From: Candidatus Hermodarchaeota archaeon
Lineage (GTDB): Archaea > Asgardarchaeota > Hermodarchaeia > Hermodarchaeales > Hermodarchaeaceae
DNA length: 11,852 nucleotides
Assembly (NCBI GenBank): GCA_016839365.1
Contig: JAEOUH010000076.1
Location: forward strand, 1 to 11,852
Reading direction: 5' to 3'
Of the stretch, positions 7,966-11,852 are shown piece after piece (the first letter of the stretch is position 1; each line of letters opens with the position of its first letter). The notes under the pieces are model-generated. The model was not told the origin of the DNA, searched no databases, and worked only from the letters and a program-made list of their open reading frames with translations. Position numbers and translations under genes: made by a program.

Positions 7966-8775
7966 ATGTATGATTTGAATGGTAGAGGAATTGCTGCCAT
8001 AGCTTTGATTATCGGTATAGTGGTTGGTTTCAGTATAGGTTGGTTTGCACCTGCCTTACTTCCCCCGGCTCCAGCACCGAGTCTGGTTGCTCAGATTCAA
8101 GCACGGGGTTCACTCTATGTGGGAACAAGTTCTGATTGGCCCCCCTTTGAGATTTACAACACGACGACAGATCAGTATGAAGGCTTTGATATCGATCTCT
8201 GTGAAATGATTGCTGCCCACCTCGGTGTTACAGTGACGTGGTTCGACATGGACTTTGACGCCTTACCTGCGGCTTGCATAGCTGGCACAATTGATATGAT
8301 TGCGGCAGCCATGTTTGTCACACCCGAACGCGCGGAACAGCTTGCCCACTCAGTCCCGTATATCAGAACCAATCAAGTAGTAGTTGTTAAGGGGAACTCA
8401 ACCCTCACAATTACTGACTTAGAGGATTTGGAAGGTTATACTGTTGGAGTTCAATCAGGTACGGTTGAAGACTTAGACCTAACCGATTTGGTAGACGCAG
8501 GTGTTGGCATAAATCTTGTTCGGTATGCTAGAGCCGACATCATGTTAGCTGACCTAGAGGCGGGAGGTCTCGATGCAACCTACGTGGATGAGCCGGTCTT
8601 TACAGTCTATTCAGGAATCTACTTCCTTAAAACGATTTATACTTACCCCGCACCACCTACCGCCCTATTCTGCCGTTGGGAGAATCCGGATTTATTGCAG
8701 GAGATAAACATTGTAATCTTAAATGCATTTGCAGACGGAACAATGGACGCCCTAATCGCACAATGGTTTGGGTGA
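7966..8775 (+). CDS. Polar amino acid ABC transporter substrate-binding protein (SBP_bac_3), N-terminally anchored
   Basis: LYVGTSSDWPPFE, YEGFDIDL, TPERAEQ..SVPY and VGVQSGT motifs, plus an N-terminal TM. TTG 7975 is a possible alternative start. Confidence 0.95.
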   Translation: MYDLNGRGIAAIALIIGIVVGFSIGWFAPALLPPAPAPSLVAQIQARGSLYVGTSSDWPPFEIYNTTTDQYEGFDIDLCEMIAAHLGVTVTWFDMDFDALPAACIAGTIDMIAAAMFVTPERAEQLAHSVPYIRTNQVVVVKGNSTLTITDLEDLEGYTVGVQSGTVEDLDLTDLVDAGVGINLVRYARADIMLADLEAGGLDATYVDEPVFTVYSGIYFLKTIYTYPAPPTALFCRWENPDLLQEINIVILNAFADGTMDALIAQWFG

Positions 8776-8778
8776 TAC

Positions 8779-9462
8779 ATGTTGCAAGCGCCGGATCTCC
8801 CCTCCATCTTTTTTTACATTATTTTCCACGGATTACCAATCACGTTAATTCTTACAGCACACGGTCTGATTTGGGGATTTTTAATTGGTCTTTTATTAGC
8901 GCTGATGCGGGTTTATGGTACTCGAGAAATCGAATGGGTTGCAATTGCTTATGAGAAAGTGTTTCGTGGCATTCCTTTGCTGGTGTTAATTTTTCTTTTT
9001 GCATTTGGTGTTCCTGGTCTCTTTTGGTTTATCGACCCGCTGTACAGAACTCTGGCAGCGGTTATTCTTTCGTTGGCGCTTCGAAGTGGGGCATACCAAT
9101 CCCAGATTCTTCGAGGAGCTATCCTCTCCGTTAATCCGGGACAGCAGTTGGCTGCGAGGGCTTTGGGGATGAGTCGACTACAAGCGTTTCGATACGTGGT
9201 TATGCCCCAAGCTCTTCGAATGGCCCTTCCGAGCTGGTCAAATGAGTATGCTGTCGTCATTAAGGATACAACGTTCGCGTCCGCTGTTGGAATAATTGAA
9301 ATGCTTCGGGTTACATTTCGCGTTGTGGCGAATAACCCCGAGATGTTGTTTCCCCCGCTTGTGATTCTCGCCATAATCTATCTCATATTTACTTATCCTA
9401 TTACGAGATTCTTTGGAGAGCGCCAAACTCAGAAACTCAAAGACTTAGGGTTAGGAGGCTAA
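8779..9462 (+). CDS. Polar amino acid ABC transporter permease (GlnP/HisM family)
   Basis: FRGIPLLV, AYQSQILRGAILSVNPGQQLAARALGMS (EAA loop), MPQALR and IKDTTFAS motifs. Confidence 0.95.
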   Translation: MLQAPDLPSIFFYIIFHGLPITLILTAHGLIWGFLIGLLLALMRVYGTREIEWVAIAYEKVFRGIPLLVLIFLFAFGVPGLFWFIDPLYRTLAAVILSLALRSGAYQSQILRGAILSVNPGQQLAARALGMSRLQAFRYVVMPQALRMALPSWSNEYAVVIKDTTFASAVGIIEMLRVTFRVVANNPEMLFPPLVILAIIYLIFTYPITRFFGERQTQKLKDLGLGG

Positions 9463-9467
9463 GAGAA

Positions 9468-10262
9468 GTGGAAAAACCGTTACTTCAAGTAAAGAACATT
9501 TGGAAGGCTTATGATGAACTCCAAGTTCTCAAGGGCGTCTCTTTTGATGTGGAAGAAGGTGAAGTTAAGGTAATTTTTGGTCCCAGTGGGTCAGGGAAAA
9601 GCACCCTCCTCCGCTGCATCAATATGTTGACTCCTCCAGACAAAGGAACAGTAATCCTTCAGGGTACAAATCTCATGGATTCTGACACTAATCTGAATAT
9701 GATCCGATCAAAGATTGGGATGGTTTTCCAACATTTCAACCTTTTTTTGCACCTAAAAGCAATAGACAATGTTAGCCTTGGTCCGCGACGTGTCCTTGGC
9801 TTGTCTAAAGATGAGGCAACGGAAAGGGCACTTGATGCATTAATTCAAGTGAAGATGGAGAAGTGGGCAGACCATTATCCTGCCCAATTGTCAGGTGGAC
9901 AACAACAACGAGTGGGAATCGCTCGGGCTTTGGTTATGAATCCCGTATTGATTTTGTTTGATGAACCCACATCTGCGCTAGATCCCGAACTAATTGGTGA
10001 AGTGCTACAAGTGATGCTTGACATCGCTAAATCGGGTACAACGATGGTTGTAGTTACTCATGAAATGGGCTTTGCCCGAGCCGTTGCAACTGAGATGATT
10101 TTCATCGATGAGGGTGTTATTGTTGAAAAAGGAACCCCAAGGCACTTTGCGATCTCGCCTGAAACGGAGAGAGCAAAGCAGTTCCTGCACCGGCTTGAAG
10201 TTCTTTACGGTCATCACGAGGAGCTTCTTGAACCTGAAGATAAGGAGGAAGGTAATTCGTGA
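9468..10262 (+). CDS. glnQ: Polar amino acid ABC transporter ATP-binding protein (GlnQ family)
   Basis: Walker [19 protein letters not shown], signature LSGGQQQRV, Walker [14 protein letters not shown] and VTHEMGFA. Confidence 0.95.
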   Translation: MEKPLLQVKNIWKAYDELQVLKGVSFDVEEGEVKVIFGPSGSGKSTLLRCINMLTPPDKGTVILQGTNLMDSDTNLNMIRSKIGMVFQHFNLFLHLKAIDNVSLGPRRVLGLSKDEATERALDALIQVKMEKWADHYPAQLSGGQQQRVGIARALVMNPVLILFDEPTSALDPELIGEVLQVMLDIAKSGTTMVVVTHEMGFARAVATEMIFIDEGVIVEKGTPRHFAISPETERAKQFLHRLEVLYGHHEELLEPEDKEEGNS

Positions 10263-11023
10263 TTCAAGTCCTTCCTCGATGGCTTGAAGACCTCCTCACT
10301 GTCTTATCGTATAGTGATGAACTCATCGCTGGTTTGTCTACGACACTTTCACTGTATTTCACCGCATTAATCATGGGGTTCTTTCTTGGTTTAGGATTCG
10401 CTATTGGCCGGCAATATGGAGGGATAATAACTTCGAGAATCTCTACTGCCTACATTGAATTAATCCGTGGTACTCCATTGCTTGTTCAACTTTTTCTGTT
10501 CTACTTCTTTCCCTATAGCTTAAGTGCGACCCTTGAGCTTCTTGGTCTTCTTCCCCTCCCTTTAGATTGGAGTATACAAATAATTGGTCCGGGGGGCCAG
10601 GTGATTACCATTCTGAATCATCGGATTCTTACCTGCTATTTGATGTTAGGGCTTAACAGTACAGCATATCAGGCTGAGTACCTTCGTGGTGCAATCGCTT
10701 CTGTGAGTGCTGAACAATTATTAGCCGCACAATCACTGGGCCTTTCACGAGCAGGGGGTATCCGCTCCATTGTGTTACCGCAATCCCTGCGTCGAGTTAT
10801 ACCTTCTTGGTCCAACGAAGCTGCATATCTACCAAAATACACCGTTGTTGCCTACTTCATTGGAGTAGAAGATCTCTTTGCTGCAGCACACTTTATTGTT
10901 GCCCGTACCTTTCTAACGTTAACCACCTATCTGCTTGTTGCCCTGATATATCTCGTATTAGTTACTGTAATCTCTAGGATATTAGACTACGTCCATGATC
11001 GAACTAAAATTCCTGGACTTTAG
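10259..11023 (+). CDS. Polar amino acid ABC transporter permease (second subunit)
   Basis: YIELIRGTPLLVQLF, AYQAEYLRGAIASV..Q..AAQSLGLS and LPQSLR motifs. GTGA start/stop overlap with the ATPase gene. Confidence 0.95.
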   Translation: MIQVLPRWLEDLLTVLSYSDELIAGLSTTLSLYFTALIMGFFLGLGFAIGRQYGGIITSRISTAYIELIRGTPLLVQLFLFYFFPYSLSATLELLGLLPLPLDWSIQIIGPGGQVITILNHRILTCYLMLGLNSTAYQAEYLRGAIASVSAEQLLAAQSLGLSRAGGIRSIVLPQSLRRVIPSWSNEAAYLPKYTVVAYFIGVEDLFAAAHFIVARTFLTLTTYLLVALIYLVLVTVISRILDYVHDRTKIPGL

Positions 11024-11348
11024 AATGCCTATTGTTTAGAAGTGTACTGGCTTCCTTTTGATAGGATGGGACTTGTTAATCGGGGTTTACGGTGGTCCAA
11101 TTTTTTGTTTGCATTAGACATATGTTATGTGTGGTCTTTCTTTGGTGTGATGGAGCGTGTTCCTCGGGTGGTAGCGCCGTAGACTGCATCCTATGATCCT
11201 GTGGAATTGGCGGAGGTGACGCAGGAGATTGTGTGTCGTCGTGAAGATTGTGCTCGAAAATACACAGATGTGTATGTGGCGGGAGTGTATGGGGGGATTG
11301 CGACGGCGTATGCTGTGGGATGCCCGTTAATCTGTTTGGGTGCCGTAG

Positions 11349-11486
11349 CTATTTAGTGGTGTGGCGGTTGAGGAAGTCGAGGATGGTGTGGAGGTGGGGG
11401 ATGGAGGTGATGGGAGTGTTGCCGATGTGGGGGATCCAGAGGTTAATGGGGGCGTGGTCACGGGGTTTCTGGGATGGTTGGGGCAT
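11349..11486 (-). pseudogene. Truncated paralog (45 aa) of the N-terminus of the HTH-LAGLIDADG protein; remnant or functional mini-protein
   Basis: MPQPSQKPRDHAPINLWIPHIGNTPITSIPHLHTILDFLNRHTTK* vs MPQPPT-PRDHAPINFWHPHIGDTPITTIPHLHHILN. It has the same catctgtgaggcgc RBS region, and homology ends after ~codon 37. Confidence 0.8.
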
Positions 11487-11509
11487 GGTGGTGTGCGCCT
11501 CACAGATGT
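11376..11509 (-). repeat. Dispersed repeat A, copy 2
   Basis: Direct repeat of 1637-1766; see copy 1. Confidence 0.95.
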
Positions 11510-11529
11510 GTGCGGATTTGGGTGTTAGG

Positions 11530-11543
11530 AGAACGCGTTTTAA
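11530..11543. promoter_or_regulatory. Candidate bidirectional promoter between the mini-ORF and the nucleoside hydrolase gene
   Basis: agaacgcgttttaa contains the AGAACGC motif of repeat B (here facing right), the palindrome aacgcgtt and a TTTTAA box. Confidence 0.4.
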
Positions 11544-11586
11544 GTTGGTGTGAATATAGGGTTGGTTGTTGGTGGTGAGTGGGTTG

Positions 11587-11852
11587 GTGAAGTGGTCTTG
11601 GTTGATCTTGGTCTTATTGGTAGGGGTGTTGTTCGTTGGCCAGGTGCCGGTGGGTGGGCGTGGCATGGCGCCGCCGGGGGTGGTGTCGGTGATTGTGGAT
11701 ATGGATGTGGATCCGTCGGATACTTGTGCACTCTTGTATTTGTTGAAGCATCCGGGGGTTGTGGTGCGGGCGATTACGGTGTCGTGTGGGATTACTTACA
11801 TTGATGAGGGGGTGGCGAATGTGTTGCGGTTGTTGGAGTATCTGGGGATTCG
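11587..11852 (+). CDS. Nucleoside hydrolase family (IU-NH-like) protein with a signal peptide, 3'-truncated by the window edge
   Basis: Frame 1 is open from 11560 to the end: MKWSWLILVLLVGVLFVGQVPVGGRGMAPPGVVSVIVDMDVDPSDTCALLYLLKHPGVVVRAITVSCGITYIDEGVANVLRLLEYLGI. This matches the NH N-terminal pattern (IIDxDxxxDD, ALxxxL..P, ITxxxG, NxLRLLExLG). A GGTGAG RBS lies upstream of GTG 11587. Confidence 0.85.
   Translation, partial: MKWSWLILVLLVGVLFVGQVPVGGRGMAPPGVVSVIVDMDVDPSDTCALLYLLKHPGVVVRAITVSCGITYIDEGVANVLRLLEYLGI

Noticed and set aside
11074-11351. Amber (TAG) readthrough of the mini-ORF; the frame stays open ~90 more codons
   Set aside because: The extension shows no similarity to the 534-aa protein, and C/A-rich strands are naturally poor in stop codons.
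1637-11509. Repeat pair A as a diversity-generating retroelement TR/VR pair
   Set aside because: The mismatches are not confined to adenines on either strand and include an indel. The repeat lies at the gene's 5' end, and there is no reverse transcriptase in the window.
11487-11666. Upstream extension of the 105-aa minus ORF 11349-11666
   Set aside because: It overlaps the hydrolase gene on the opposite strand. The conserved RBS and the homology place the start at 11486.

Overview
Probably archaeal DNA: GGTGA/GAGGT ribosome-binding sites, BRE/TATA-like promoters, and a NosD-type surface protein of a style common in Asgard-related genomes (taxonomy is inference only). From left to right the window holds: the 3' end of a gene with a Gly/Cys-Ala tail (SCACACACASCACACAGGGR); a convergent 534-aa free-standing protein with three HTH-like motifs and a double LAGLIDADG endonuclease domain; a membrane-anchored parallel beta-helix (NosD-like) protein; a 3-TM protein with an N-terminal Rho_N/HeH-like domain; a DUF308/HdeD-like membrane protein with a hairpin terminator; a membrane-anchored GH39-like glycosidase; a four-gene polar amino acid ABC transporter; and the 5' end of a secreted nucleoside-hydrolase-family gene that the ORF track missed. 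The most unusual signal is that pieces of the LAGLIDADG gene's 5' end recur in the same orientation at two other sites. Its promoter-like block (1791-1840) recurs at 5258-5306. Its RBS and first ~37 codons (1637-1766) recur at 11376-11509 as a 45-aa mini-ORF. A CACA(G)ATGT(G) motif lies at all of these sites, and they fall in strongly G-skewed patches. This suggests a multi-copy HTH-LAGLIDADG element family or regulon.
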